From positions 1,344,001-1,408,000 of the forward strand of contig CBDCTK010000002.1 of NCBI GenBank assembly GCA_965222225.1: a stretch of 64,000 nucleotides of DNA, given 5' to 3'. Source of the stretch: Candidatus Poribacteria bacterium (GTDB lineage: Bacteria; Poribacteria; WGA-4E; JAJDTR01). Below are positions 38,368-49,368 of the stretch, piece after piece. Position 1 is the stretch's first letter. Each line of letters starts with the position of its first letter. The translations under genes and the position numbers were made by a program. The notes under the pieces were generated by a model. The model saw only the letters and a program-made list of their open reading frames with translations, did no database searches and had not been told where the DNA came from.

Positions 38368-39027
38368 TCATTGCTTGGTTAATTTGATTCCTTGAATCTC
38401 TTCCAAAGCGGAAAGTTCGTGGAAAAACGGTTCCCAGCCTTCAGAGTCTTTAAACTTAATATGATACCTGAGTTCAATCCCGCCCGTTTTCGACGTTTCT
38501 TGATGGATGAGTCGCTCGTGATTGAGATATCTGTTGAAAATGGAGCGAAAAGTTGGTTCAGAAGCGGAGGCAAGCGGCGCTTTGAAGGTAAGTTGAAATG
38601 TTTCACGATAGGGATGCCTGCCGTGCCACCAATGAAGTAGGATGATGATCCCGCCAATCAGAAACGTTCCGAGAATGGCTATGGGCGGATCGCTTGCACC
38701 GACTGCCATCCCCGTTGCCAAAGCGAAAAAAACGAAGGCAATATCTCGAGAATCTTGCACCACGGTGCGAAACCGAATAATCGACAGTGCACCCACAAGG
38801 CTAAATGCGCGCGCCACGCTGTCACCGATAACAACCATCACAACCGATATTAACATACAGAGGATGATAAGCGTATCCGTGAAGGACCGCTCGGCAATCC
38901 CCATGTGCGTCCAATGATAAACAACGGAAATCACAATGCCGAGCGCAAAAGCGAGCAACAACTTGAGGGCAATGGATCCAACTGTCGCTACGGAGTACGG
39001 CACCAGGAATTCGTTCAAAAAATCCAT
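38368..39027 (-). CDS. DUF4956 family membrane protein
   Basis: ARAFSLVGALSIIRFRT...DIAFVFFALATGMAVG. Confidence 0.85.
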   Translation of the reverse strand: MDFLNEFLVPYSVATVGSIALKLLLAFALGIVISVVYHWTHMGIAERSFTDTLIILCMLISVVMVVIGDSVARAFSLVGALSIIRFRTVVQDSRDIAFVFFALATGMAVGASDPPIAILGTFLIGGIIILLHWWHGRHPYRETFQLTFKAPLASASEPTFRSIFNRYLNHERLIHQETSKTGGIELRYHIKFKDSEGWEPFFHELSALEEIQGIKLTKQ

Positions 39028-39075
39028 AACTTGCTAAGCCAACAGACTTCTTGTACTATGTGAAAGGATCGCTCT

Positions 39076-39945
39076 TCAGTGCAGATGTTTAGCTGACATG
39101 CGCTTGAGAAACGCTAAACCCTCCGTTGCCAAGATCTCGGCGCTCGGAGCGATATTCCGCCAGATTGCAGTCGCCGCAGCAATTTCCTTCACAGCAGGTG
39201 TGAACGACTCAATTACCAGCCATCGATTGTAGTCGATTCTTGCGAGCGCGTTGAATACCCCTTCCCAATCAACTAATCCAGTGCCCGGAGTTCCTCGATC
39301 ATTCTCGCATGTGTGGAGATGATGCAACAGATTCCCAGTATCGGCAATTGCCTGCGTTAGGTTTTTCTCCTCAATATTCATGTGAAACGTGTCCAGATGA
39401 ATCTTGAAGAATGGACTGTTGACGGCAGTTGCTAGTTTTATAGCGTCGGTGGTAATGTTGAGGAAGTACGTCTCAAAACGGTTCAGAGGCTCAACTGCGA
39501 CGGTCACGCCACGCTGTCCTGCGAATTCTGCGACTTCGCCGAGAATGTCAACACACCAATCCCACTCCTGCTGGTTCCTACCACGCCCAACCAAGGCGCC
39601 GACAGCACTGTACACTGGACCAACAAGCGTGTCGCCACCCAACTCTGCGAGGACCTCTATTGAACGCTTCAGGTAATCCCTCCCGTTCTCGCGAATCGTA
39701 ACATCCTCATGAATTGGATTGCGATCCTGTATCATGATGGCACATCCTATTGGGTGTAGATTAGTGTCTCTTAACGCCGCCTTCGTGAGCGGTATATCAA
39801 CAGTTGCGTGGTCGAAGATTGGAATTTCGACACCGTCGAAACCCATCTCCGCGACTTTTGGAATTAAGTCAACGGTTTCGCGGTCAAATTTGTCCGCCCA
39901 CAGCAGCAGGTTGACCCCATACTTTGGCATAACCTTATCTCCCAA
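39076..39945 (-). CDS. Sugar isomerase/epimerase, D-psicose/D-tagatose 3-epimerase family
   Basis: GFDGVEIP, VEPLNRFET, LDTFHMNIEE, CENDRGTPG, IESF. Confidence 0.85.
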   Translation of the reverse strand: MGDKVMPKYGVNLLLWADKFDRETVDLIPKVAEMGFDGVEIPIFDHATVDIPLTKAALRDTNLHPIGCAIMIQDRNPIHEDVTIRENGRDYLKRSIEVLAELGGDTLVGPVYSAVGALVGRGRNQQEWDWCVDILGEVAEFAGQRGVTVAVEPLNRFETYFLNITTDAIKLATAVNSPFFKIHLDTFHMNIEEKNLTQAIADTGNLLHHLHTCENDRGTPGTGLVDWEGVFNALARIDYNRWLVIESFTPAVKEIAAATAIWRNIAPSAEILATEGLAFLKRMSAKHLH

Positions 39946-40044
39946 TTCACGCTATTTGCGTGTGAATTTCAGGTTTGTTCCGACCAAGTCCAAACTTCCG
40001 ACTGCCGTATCAGAAGGTGGTTGTTCTCATGATTCCTTTTGTTA

Positions 40045-41970
40045 TTAACGCCGATGAAAGCGACGTTCCAACTCATTCTTGCTCATTTCGATAGTAATCG
40101 GCCTAGAGTGCGGGCAGTTGAATGGCAATTTCGCCTGTGACAACTCCTTTATCAGGTTCACCATTTCCTCCATGGTCAACGGATCCCCGGCTTTGACGGC
40201 AGATTTACAGGCAAGCGTAATCAATGCTCGATCCTGAATCTCAAGCATCTCAATTGAGGGCTGCCCGATGGCCGCAATTTTGTCTAGGAGATCCGTAACG
40301 GTATTGACTACAAGGCGCATAGGAAGCGGTGCGGGTATAGAGCGCAGGAGAATGGTGTTTCCTCCAAAAGGCTCCACATCGAATCCCATCGTTCTGAAGA
40401 GGTCTTCGTGTGCGTTAAAGGTGTTCAACTGCTGCGAGTCCATTTCCATCGTCACCGGAAGCAACAATCCCTGTACCGGTATACCGTCGGTTTTCAACTG
40501 CTCAATGAACCGTTCGTAGAGCACCCGCTCTGCCGCCACATGTTGATCTATGATAAACACCTTGTCTTGACTTTCCGCAACAATGTAGGTGTTGAAGAGA
40601 TTGGTTTTTAACTCTACCTTCTCGAAATCAAACAATTCAAGGGTTACGCCTTCTGGAACTGCCCGATGCGGAGGTTGAACAACACTTGGAATCGGTTGAT
40701 GCTGTGTTTTTAATTCATCATTTGATGTTTCGATCTTCTCTTTCTCGACCAAATCGATCCGAGGTATTGTCGGTACAGGTTCAGTTGGTTGAGTGGATTC
40801 TCCAGTTCCTACTCCTTTAGCAAGCGCTGCAAAATCGTTACTAGGCGAAGAATCTATTGTTTCTTCTGTTCCCACCACGTTCACTTGCGACGACTCAGTA
40901 ATTGCTCGTGCTCCGTCTGAGATTTCTCCATTTTCCTCCGCAGCCATGTCTCGTCCATCAGTTTCTATTCTTGGAATATATTTATGCCTGTAGACACCAC
41001 TGTGAATCACCCGCACCACGCCTCCGTACATTCCCTGCTCATTCCGAAACCGCACCTCAATTTTAGCGGGATGGACATTGACATCAACCTCCTCAGAATC
41101 CATTGTCAGAAAAAGGAAGACAACAGCGTATCGATCTTTGGGAACCAATGAGCGCATCGCTTCTGCAAGCGCAGCTCCGAGTATTTTGCTGCGGATTGGA
41201 CGTCGATTCAGAAAGAAAAGTTGATAGTTTCGATTTGATTTCGTCAACTCAGGTTTGCCGATGAAACAGTGGAGGTGAAGTCTTGCGAGATCAGCGTCAA
41301 ATTCAATTAAATTCTCGGCAAATTCTTTTCCATACAACAAACGAATTCGCTCAATATGTGAATCGCAAGAGCGCACATCAATTGTTGAGCGTCCATTGTG
41401 AGAAAGGGAAAATTGAACCTTCGGATGAGCAAGCGCAGCCCACGTGATTTGGTTGGTGATATGGTTAAATTCTGTTGTTCCACTTTTAAGAAATTTTTGG
41501 CGCGCCGGAACATTGTAGAAAAGGTTGTTAATCGTTATGTGGGTGCCCGGTGAACAGCCGCTCTCTTGCACAGATCGCACCACGCCGCCTTCAACAGTTA
41601 CTTTGGTGCCCTCAAGCGCTTCTGCAGTTCGGGTCAAAAGCTCAAATTGTGATACAGAAGCAATACTCGGCAACGCCTCACCGCGAAAACCGAACGTCTG
41701 GATTCGCTGGAGATCCTCGATGCAATGAACCTTGCTCGTTGCATGGCGCTCTAATGCAATCAAAGCGTCCTCGCGAGTCATCCCGGTCCCGTTGTCCGAA
41801 ACACGAAGCAGCCTCTTACCTCCGGCGCGGACTTCAACTCCAACACTCGTACTCTGCGCATCAACTGCATTCTCGATTAATTCTTTAATCGCAGAGGCTG
41901 GACGTTCAACAACCTCCCCGGCAGCAATCTTGTTCGAGACATCGGGCGGTAGGATTTTAATCTTCGCCAT
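40045..41970 (-). CDS. mutL: DNA mismatch repair endonuclease MutL
   Basis: IAAGEVVERPAS, GFRGEAL, VDVNVHPAK, DQHVAAER, ACK, CPHSRP. Start taken at ATG 41970. Confidence 0.95.
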   Translation of the reverse strand: MAKIKILPPDVSNKIAAGEVVERPASAIKELIENAVDAQSTSVGVEVRAGGKRLLRVSDNGTGMTREDALIALERHATSKVHCIEDLQRIQTFGFRGEALPSIASVSQFELLTRTAEALEGTKVTVEGGVVRSVQESGCSPGTHITINNLFYNVPARQKFLKSGTTEFNHITNQITWAALAHPKVQFSLSHNGRSTIDVRSCDSHIERIRLLYGKEFAENLIEFDADLARLHLHCFIGKPELTKSNRNYQLFFLNRRPIRSKILGAALAEAMRSLVPKDRYAVVFLFLTMDSEEVDVNVHPAKIEVRFRNEQGMYGGVVRVIHSGVYRHKYIPRIETDGRDMAAEENGEISDGARAITESSQVNVVGTEETIDSSPSNDFAALAKGVGTGESTQPTEPVPTIPRIDLVEKEKIETSNDELKTQHQPIPSVVQPPHRAVPEGVTLELFDFEKVELKTNLFNTYIVAESQDKVFIIDQHVAAERVLYERFIEQLKTDGIPVQGLLLPVTMEMDSQQLNTFNAHEDLFRTMGFDVEPFGGNTILLRSIPAPLPMRLVVNTVTDLLDKIAAIGQPSIEMLEIQDRALITLACKSAVKAGDPLTMEEMVNLIKELSQAKLPFNCPHSRPITIEMSKNELERRFHRR

Positions 41971-42180
41971 AACCAGCCCCTGCAGAATGGTGGTTAAGTA
42001 TAGAAGTAACCGATTGTACTGTCCGTCGGAAATCTTGACAACGAATCGCAATCACAGGCATTGCAGTCATTATGTACCCGTATTCCTCAAACTTCCCACA
42101 TTAGTATAGCAATTCAACTGCGAATTAGCCTTCCACGTACGAGTAAAACCATGAGGACATTCGCAGACATCTGAGAAAGT

Positions 42181-43180
42181 CTAATCATCCACAGTATAAA
42201 GATTACAGTGGCAGGCGCGCATATCGGTGAAGATAGGCACGGATAGATAGGCTTCACGACAATGTACCATTACTTCAGGGCATCGGGGATGAAAATGACA
42301 GCTTGTCGGTGGGTTTATCGGAGATGACACATCACCTTCAGGGCGAATTCTCTCAACTCCTGATTCCGGGTCTACCTTCGGTAGCGCCGACAGCAACGTA
42401 CGTGTGTATGGATATCGCGGGTCATCGAAAATTTCTTCTATCCTGTCGCGTTCAATGGTTCTACCAAGGTAATCACTGCTACTTCATCAATAAGTTATTG
42501 ACAACGACAGATAGTGCGTGATGACGGATAGCCCAAATACAACCCCGCCTGAAGTACCTGAAAAAGATTCAGAATCTGTGCCTAAATTGTGACATCAAGA
42601 GAGATTATTGGCTCATTAGTGATCAGTAACCCAGGACGGCATGATAGCGCCATTGCAATCCTCACGCGCTATCCCATCCCACCCGAAAGCTGACGCGGAT
42701 GCTCATAAAAACGCTGTGCAGGTTCCGGAACTCCAACCAAATCTAACATCTTGATGGTAGCGTTTTGGCTGCTCTTGCACGGGTTCCTTAGTGCTGTTCG
42801 AACGCTTCCACAATCTGGTTTCCCACAGTGAAGACTAGATCAAGACTCGTCATCGGATCTTGGAAAACTATTGCAATCTCAACACCCTGAATCTTCCGCT
42901 TGCCGACTTTCGAAAGGCTAGTTATTTCTTGCTTCAGACAATAAATCCTGCGCTCTGCAATAAACCCTGACGGTTGCGGTACGAGTTGGATGCTTGATAG
43001 AGTGGTAACGCTCTTGCCACAGCCAGATTCCCCAACGAGCGCAAAAATTTCGTTGTTCCTGATTTCGAACGGCACACCATCTACGACGCGGGCGAGTCCT
43101 TCAACGGTTTGGAAGAATATTTTCAGATTCTCAACACCCAGTAAGGTATCGTTTAACGGAAGCTCTCGCGGTCGGCTATC
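42181..43180 (-). pseudogene. Degraded oligopeptide ABC transporter ATP-binding gene (OppD/OppF-like)
   Basis: ALVGESGCGKS, FQDPMTSL, HPRQLSGGM and SPINPPTSCHFHPRC fragments separated by stops and frameshifts. Confidence 0.8.
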
Positions 43181-43241
43181 GGATCTACGCAGCATGGCTA
43201 CTCTAACATAGGAGTTGCAGTGTGTCAACTGCAAAAACCGT

Positions 43242-43366
43242 GTAGGGAACGGGTTCTGTGCCGTCCCATGTTATACAAGATAATAACGGCTGTCCCGACT
43301 GCAGGATGTACAATCTTCAATCTATGTGCCCGCTACAAGAAGGCGAACACAGTGGTTCACCCCTAC
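43242..43366. repeat. Inverted pair of GTAG-type REPs (REPIN-like)
   Basis: GTAGGGAACGGGTTCTGTGCCGTCCC ... GGCGAACACAGTGGTTCACCCCTAC. Confidence 0.55.
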
Positions 43367-43486
43367 AGAATAAGGACGTTCTTGTATCCTAGGGAATAGC
43401 GCGGGGACGTGGTTTCGAAGCGAGAGTTCCGTAACACAACCAATGGATTTTAGATGCGATTGCCTTGGAACAGGAATTCGGATGGC

Positions 43487-43515
43487 TTGACACCGTGCGA
43501 TAAACAATCTATAAT
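43487..43515 (+). promoter_or_regulatory. Consensus sigma70 promoter
   Basis: TTGACA-17 nt-TATAAT. Confidence 0.75.
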
Positions 43516-43651
43516 GGTTGTAGTCTCAAAATAGGATTCAAAGATATAGAAAGTGCGTCGCCGAATTGGTAATTACAGCACGGTGCTTCTTGATTTAGCA
43601 GGCAACTTATGGATTACATAATCCAGCATTGAGATAGGAGGTACCAACCAA

Positions 43652-44359
43652 ATGAAACCCGTGCTTGTGAATTGGATTATTGGCATTCTACTGCTCGTTT
43701 CTTGCCCCTGCCAATTTGTTCAGTCTGGAACGTGGCGCGACGATTTCGAAGACAAGATAACCACCGAATGGACAATTTACAATCTAGACCGTCGAGTTGA
43801 AAAGTGGTGGATTGACAACGGAGAAGCTGTGGGGGAGATTTTTCACCCGGGATACATGAGTTTATGGTTGACGGGAGAGCTGAATTGGCGCGATTATTCA
43901 GTTTCGTGCCGAGTAAAGCTAGTAGAGGAAAAAAACCATCCCGCGACTGTTGGTCTCACCCTCCACGACAGAGGGGAAGAAGACAGTCGCTATCTATTCT
44001 TTGTTGAGGTCACGCTCGGCGTCGTCCGAATCATCATAACTACACCGGACGGTTGGTTCGTACGTACTTTTCCGTTTGAAACGGAGATAGATACGTGGTA
44101 TCAACTGAAGGCTACGATTAGCGGTGAGTTCTGGGAGTTTCAGGTTGACGATCAGGTTTTTGTTGGACGAGATTTAAATCCGCTAGAAGGCGGGCAAGCC
44201 GGGCTGGTGGTTTCCGATGCGCGCGCCCGATTTGATGACGTCGAGATTAGTGGACCAAATATCAAGAACGGTGGGCCCGGGCAGCCACGCCCAGTTGATG
44301 AAAAGCAGAAATTACCAACAGTGTGGGCAAGAATCAGATCTGACGCAAGGGGTAATTGA
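43652..44359 (+). CDS. Secreted beta-sandwich (DUF1080/LamG-like) protein with C-terminal V..K.KL.T.W..I motif
   Basis: Signal peptide; WRDDFED, WRDYSVS, TWYQLK, GQAGL...FDDVEI; AGGAGG RBS. Confidence 0.7.
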   Translation: MKPVLVNWIIGILLLVSCPCQFVQSGTWRDDFEDKITTEWTIYNLDRRVEKWWIDNGEAVGEIFHPGYMSLWLTGELNWRDYSVSCRVKLVEEKNHPATVGLTLHDRGEEDSRYLFFVEVTLGVVRIIITTPDGWFVRTFPFETEIDTWYQLKATISGEFWEFQVDDQVFVGRDLNPLEGGQAGLVVSDARARFDDVEISGPNIKNGGPGQPRPVDEKQKLPTVWARIRSDARGN

Positions 44360-44432
44360 TTGAATGGCCGAAGGGCGGTTGTCGAGTTCTTTGCGCCTTT
44401 TCAAGGACTATCTTTCGCTAGACTCAATACAA

Positions 44433-46040
44433 TCAGCCTATCAACTGATTCACCAAATATTGTGGATTAAGTTTTTCCCCCGTTGCATCAACGAGCAACT
44501 CATTCCAATGAACATTGCTGCCCGGTTTAAAGACCTTCTCACGTAAGTATTCACCGACTCGCTTCTCGTTGACATATCCCGTCTCTGTGACTCCGGCACC
44601 GTTCAAGACATGGTAGTCAATGGTATGCTGGAATTGTGAAGCAACTATCTCCCCCAAGAGATAATTGTGATAGTAGACCGGCGCCGTCGCAATATGAATC
44701 TTTGCTGCCCAGTCAGGTTCGTCCCTGCCATCGGGTCGCGTCAGAAATTGAAAGTGCTCGACTAAATCCCACCACAGTGAATTTAAATCCTGATCCGGAT
44801 TGCGGTAGAACTCACGTTCAAAGCAAATCATTACCATCGTCCACCGAACAAAGATGAGCATCCGCAAACGAAATGTTTCCTTCATTTCAGCCGAAATAAT
44901 TTGCTTCAGGTCGAGGGGAAGACTAATCATACGATCCAACCACTCCACGTTATGAGCCAAACGCCCCATAAGCATCGCGGTTGCTTCCGTCGTGATTAAG
45001 TGTGCGGGGGTACGCAGCGTGAATGGTAGGGAAGGGTCCAACTGTTTATCATAAACAGCGTGTCCGTACTCGTGTAGCATTGTTTCCATCCACTTCGCAG
45101 TCGATCTTACGTTCGCAAGCACGCGTACATCCCCTTTTCGATCAATGTGTATGCAGAAAGCATGCTGATTCTTGCCGGGACGCTCGTAGTGATCGCTCTT
45201 TTCAACAAGGTCGTCAATGGACAAATTGATGCCTCGGAAGAAATCTTTTGCAAGGCCAACAACGTCCAACTCGGCGAACAGTTCGTCAAGATTGACCTCA
45301 CTAATATTGGGTGCTTCCTGAAAGAAAACATCCGCATAATGCCAAGGGCGAAGTGCCTCTACATCAACACCAAAGCGCCTCGCGAGGTTGTCGTCTAGTT
45401 TCGACTTCATCTCCGAAAATGGATCGTTTGTTAAGTCTTCCATTTGGCTGATTGTTTCGGCGAGAAATGTGGGGTCGATCTCATGAATTGTCAGCGACAT
45501 CTGATAGTAATCGTCAAACCCGACTGTGCGTGCTGCTTGGTTACGTAGGTGAGCTAGGTCGATTAGATTCTTTGCAACTTTACCTCCAATCTGCTTGCTC
45601 CCTTCCCATACAATTTGTCTCTTTGTGCGATCGATTTCTGACTTCAATACATCGCGGATAGCGTTGTCATTCATCTCTACTCCCTCTACCACAGCGCGAT
45701 GTCTAGTAAAGACTTGCTCAATCGCGGTCTGCCGTCTGACAAGCTCTTTGATTGCCTCGGGAGACAGTTGTTCCGATGTAAATTCCAAGAGCAGCAAGTG
45801 CAATTGGCGTGACAATTGGGTAGATATGTTCTGACTCGTCGCTTGGAATGTCTTCAACTGCTCAAATCGGTCGCGATCAGCGAAGATAAGACGATATTGT
45901 GTTTCTAGTTTTGAAACTCTTTGAACAGCTTCATCCGACCCTGTTAGGCTAGCCTCCCAATATGCTTCTGCCAGTTGTCTGGCAAGAGGCTCAATTATTG
46001 CCGTGAGATTCTTAATGAACAGTTCTAATTGTGATTCCAT
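44433..46040 (-). CDS. M3/M2-type zinc metallopeptidase
   Basis: HEYGH, TEATA, KIHI, YYHNY; AAGGAG RBS. Confidence 0.85.
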   Translation of the reverse strand: MESQLELFIKNLTAIIEPLARQLAEAYWEASLTGSDEAVQRVSKLETQYRLIFADRDRFEQLKTFQATSQNISTQLSRQLHLLLLEFTSEQLSPEAIKELVRRQTAIEQVFTRHRAVVEGVEMNDNAIRDVLKSEIDRTKRQIVWEGSKQIGGKVAKNLIDLAHLRNQAARTVGFDDYYQMSLTIHEIDPTFLAETISQMEDLTNDPFSEMKSKLDDNLARRFGVDVEALRPWHYADVFFQEAPNISEVNLDELFAELDVVGLAKDFFRGINLSIDDLVEKSDHYERPGKNQHAFCIHIDRKGDVRVLANVRSTAKWMETMLHEYGHAVYDKQLDPSLPFTLRTPAHLITTEATAMLMGRLAHNVEWLDRMISLPLDLKQIISAEMKETFRLRMLIFVRWTMVMICFEREFYRNPDQDLNSLWWDLVEHFQFLTRPDGRDEPDWAAKIHIATAPVYYHNYLLGEIVASQFQHTIDYHVLNGAGVTETGYVNEKRVGEYLREKVFKPGSNVHWNELLVDATGEKLNPQYLVNQLIG

Positions 46041-46113
46041 GGAACACTCCTTCGATTTTAGTCAGGAATACGGTTTTGCTCCGAAACTATTTACCGTTCA
46101 TCAAGCTGGCGCG

Positions 46114-46159
46114 AAAAAAGCGCTCAAAAGGATTGGGATGACCTACCCTAAGAGCGCTT
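46114..46159 (-). terminator. Probable terminator
   Basis: AAGCGCTC/GAGCGCTT stem followed by a T-run on the minus strand. Confidence 0.5.
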
Positions 46160-46398
46160 CAATAATTTTGAAAATATAATATGGTATACCAGTCAACTGA
46201 TGGTTCGCACTGATTGACACACCCAAAGTTACTATGGAGATTGGAAAATAGAGTTGGAAAGACGGAAGAATAGGCGATACTTTCCGAGACTATTTACAAA
46301 CCTCGCAAGGTACACAACTTGTTACACGCTGCGAACCGGCGGGGTTGCGCTAGAGCGCCAGCATGAATTGAACTATCATAATCGCAACTTCATATAGC

Positions 46399-48138
46399 TC
46401 AGCATGCACCGCACTTCTTACAAACGGTTGTGTCACATGGGCTGGTCATGAATCCGCTGACCTGTTTTTTGAATTCGTGGCTAAGATATCCAGGCTTTAC
46501 ATTCAAGTCAAGGTGATCCCAAGGATGGATTTCAGTGAGTGAGCGTGGTCGAAGCGCGTAGAAATCAGGATCGAGCCGATGTTTCTTAAACGCCTGCTTC
46601 CATTGCATGCCCCGCGAAAGATCTAGAATGACTTTCCCGAGCCGCCGATCTCCGCGAGCAAAAACACCTTCTTGATATGCCAAACGGGCACTTGCAGACG
46701 ATACCTTTAAACCTCCAATGCTGTTGATTTCCCGCTTCAGAAAATCTAGCTTACGAGCTATAGTCTTCTGATCCTCCATCGCCACCCACTGAAACGGTGT
46801 ATGGGGTTTGGGAACCATCGGAGATATAGTGAAACTAATTCGTCCCATACGCCCCGTTTTCTTGGCATAAGGGAGAAGAATCGAGCGCATCTCCCTTGCC
46901 ATATTGGCGATTGCCTCTACGTCGGCGGCGGTTTCGTACGGAACGCCAATGAGAAAGTACAGGCGCAAATTGAGAATTTCACGCTTTAAGGCTTCTTCAA
47001 AGACATGATAGAGTCGTTCACGCGGAATCGCCTTGTTTACGACCCTTTGTAAGTTTTCGGTCGCCACCTCTGGCGCAATGGTAATGGTTCCTTGTTCACT
47101 TTCGGCAAGTGCATCAAGCAAGGGAGGGCGCACAGTTTCCGCCCTCAACGAGGCACACGAGATTCGGAACCCTTTCTCTACAAGGCCAGAGGCAATCTCA
47201 TCAATTTGAGGATGATCCGAGATTGAAGCACCAACTAAGCCAATTCTATCTGTAATACCACGAGCGAACTCAGCTAGCTTTAATGTGTTTTCGACGGAAC
47301 GGTGTCGAGGCCATCGGCGAGCATAATCAGCAACACAGAAGCGGCATTGTCGTCCACAACCGCGTACGATTTCAATCAGATGAGCGTTGGAAAATTCGGT
47401 GTTAGGGGTATGAATCTGAGTGCAAGTTTCAACATCATCAAGATTCGCGACAGCGCTAGCGACGATCTTTTCGGGTGCGTTAACTCCTGCTCTCGTGCGT
47501 TCAATCGTACCATCATCCCGATAATCAACTTGGTAGAGATTGGGAACGTAGAAGCCCGGGATTGTTACAAGGGAACGCAGCAAATCTGCTTTACGGGCGC
47601 CAGTCTCACTCCATCCGTTAATGGAATCCATCAAGTTGTGGATTGTGATTTCCCCCTCCCCGACGAAACATATATCAACAAAATCGGTTATGGGTTCCGG
47701 ATTGTACGAGATATTGATACCTCCCGCGATAATCAACGGATCTCTATCACTCCGGTCCGCAGCTAAAGGTGGAATATGTGCCAACTCCAATGCTAGTGGA
47801 ATATTGACATAATCCGATTCAAACGAAACAGAGAATCCGATTAGATTGAATTGATTGAGCGGGGTTTGAGTTTCAAACGAGAAGAGCGGGCTCCGGTTAT
47901 CACGGAGTTGCCTTTGTATCTGGGGATGTGGTAAGAAAGCACGTTCACAGGAAGTATCCTCGCGCCTGTTGAGCGTGGAATAGATGACTTGGACCCCAAG
48001 ACTTGACATCCCGAGTTCATAGGCGCCCGGGTAGACCAGCACAGAACGGATTCCTTTCCGGAAATTATGGCGGGGGCGTTGCTCCTGGGCCAACAGTTCC
48101 GCGTACGTTTGGCGGAGATTCGATTTCATTTTGCCCAC
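46399..48138 (-). CDS. B12-binding/radical SAM protein (TIGR03960-like)
   Basis: YELGMSSLG, CERAFLP, RGCGRQCRFC, PKPHTPFQW, C-terminal CKKCGAC. Confidence 0.85.
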   Translation of the reverse strand: MGKMKSNLRQTYAELLAQEQRPRHNFRKGIRSVLVYPGAYELGMSSLGVQVIYSTLNRREDTSCERAFLPHPQIQRQLRDNRSPLFSFETQTPLNQFNLIGFSVSFESDYVNIPLALELAHIPPLAADRSDRDPLIIAGGINISYNPEPITDFVDICFVGEGEITIHNLMDSINGWSETGARKADLLRSLVTIPGFYVPNLYQVDYRDDGTIERTRAGVNAPEKIVASAVANLDDVETCTQIHTPNTEFSNAHLIEIVRGCGRQCRFCVADYARRWPRHRSVENTLKLAEFARGITDRIGLVGASISDHPQIDEIASGLVEKGFRISCASLRAETVRPPLLDALAESEQGTITIAPEVATENLQRVVNKAIPRERLYHVFEEALKREILNLRLYFLIGVPYETAADVEAIANMAREMRSILLPYAKKTGRMGRISFTISPMVPKPHTPFQWVAMEDQKTIARKLDFLKREINSIGGLKVSSASARLAYQEGVFARGDRRLGKVILDLSRGMQWKQAFKKHRLDPDFYALRPRSLTEIHPWDHLDLNVKPGYLSHEFKKQVSGFMTSPCDTTVCKKCGAC

Positions 48139-48141
48139 TAT

Positions 48142-49368
48142 CTACTTTTTGTCCTTGGAATTCCGGACCCGGAGAAACGCCGGAATATCTAATACTTCGT
48201 CTGGATTTTCGTCTAGGTCACGTCGTGGAAAGTCTTTTGATTGCGGCGGTTCAGTATTGGGACGTGAAGTAGACTCCGTAAAAGAACCTGATTGTTGCCT
48301 TGATGGTTGAAAATTTTGACGACTAGGACGATTGCCGGGTGAGGCGGACGAATATTCACGATGAAAGATGTCGTCAATGGGACTTGTCGCACTACTCCCT
48401 GGTGATTCATGATAATTGTTGAAACCGGTCGCAATTACAGTAACACGCAACATTTCTTGAAGTTCCTCATTGTATGCGAGTCCAAAAATTACCTGCTCTG
48501 TTTCAGAGGCGTCTTTAATTACCGCCATTGCCTCCTCCAACTCTTGCATTGTCATGTCGGGAGGACCAATGATATTTACAATGATTCCGGTGGCTCCCTT
48601 AATAGAACCCTCCTCTAGCAATGGAGAAGAAATAGCTTCTTGTGCTGCGAGTTCTGCGCGATTATCGCCCGACGCTGTCCCAATGCCCATAAGTGCACCG
48701 CCCGCGTTGGACATAATCGTCTTTACATCAGCGAAGTCAAGATTGATTTCTCCAGGGACTGTGATAAGATCGGAGATGCTCTGAACCCCATGATGTAGAA
48801 TTTGATCGCCCATTCGAAATGCCATGCGTATAGGCAGCTTTCGATCGACAACGTCAATCAGACGTTGATTGGGAATAACGATTACGGAATCGGCATTCTC
48901 GCGAAGGTTTTCCAAGCCCCGTTCAGCTTGCTCCGCGCGTCGCCTACCTTCAAAATCAAAAGGTCGTGTCACAACGGCGATTGTCAAGGCTGCGCTTTCT
49001 TTGGCAAGTGCGGCGATAATTGGAGCCGCGCCTGTACCGGTACCGCCCCCCATTCCCGCCGTGACGAAAACCATATCCGATCCCTCAACGACACCTTGGA
49101 GTCGTTCTCTATCCTCTTCGGCAGCCTTTTTGCCAATCTCTGGATCCGCCCCGGCGCCCAGCCCGCCTGTCATATTCTGACCAATTGGAATTCTCGTGGC
49201 ATTTGGGCACGCCTGAAGCGCTTGATGATCCGTATTGACCACATAAAACTCAACACCTGCCATGGCTTGCTCAATCATGCGTTTGACAGCATTACTTCCA
49301 CCACCGCCGACTCCTATGACTTTGATCTTTGCAAGCGCTTCAAAGTCCTCCTGTTCAAATTCAATCAT
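48142..49368 (-). CDS. ftsZ: Cell division protein FtsZ
   Basis: GVGGGGSNAV, GMGGGTGTG, INLDFADV, C-terminal LDIPAFLR. Confidence 0.98.
   Translation of the reverse strand: MIEFEQEDFEALAKIKVIGVGGGGSNAVKRMIEQAMAGVEFYVVNTDHQALQACPNATRIPIGQNMTGGLGAGADPEIGKKAAEEDRERLQGVVEGSDMVFVTAGMGGGTGTGAAPIIAALAKESAALTIAVVTRPFDFEGRRRAEQAERGLENLRENADSVIVIPNQRLIDVVDRKLPIRMAFRMGDQILHHGVQSISDLITVPGEINLDFADVKTIMSNAGGALMGIGTASGDNRAELAAQEAISSPLLEEGSIKGATGIIVNIIGPPDMTMQELEEAMAVIKDASETEQVIFGLAYNEELQEMLRVTVIATGFNNYHESPGSSATSPIDDIFHREYSSASPGNRPSRQNFQPSRQQSGSFTESTSRPNTEPPQSKDFPRRDLDENPDEVLDIPAFLRVRNSKDKK

Noticed and set aside
46080-46297. 15-bp near-direct repeats TCCGARACTATTTAC about 200 bp apart
   Set aside because: Only two copies with nothing mobile between them; no function can be supported.
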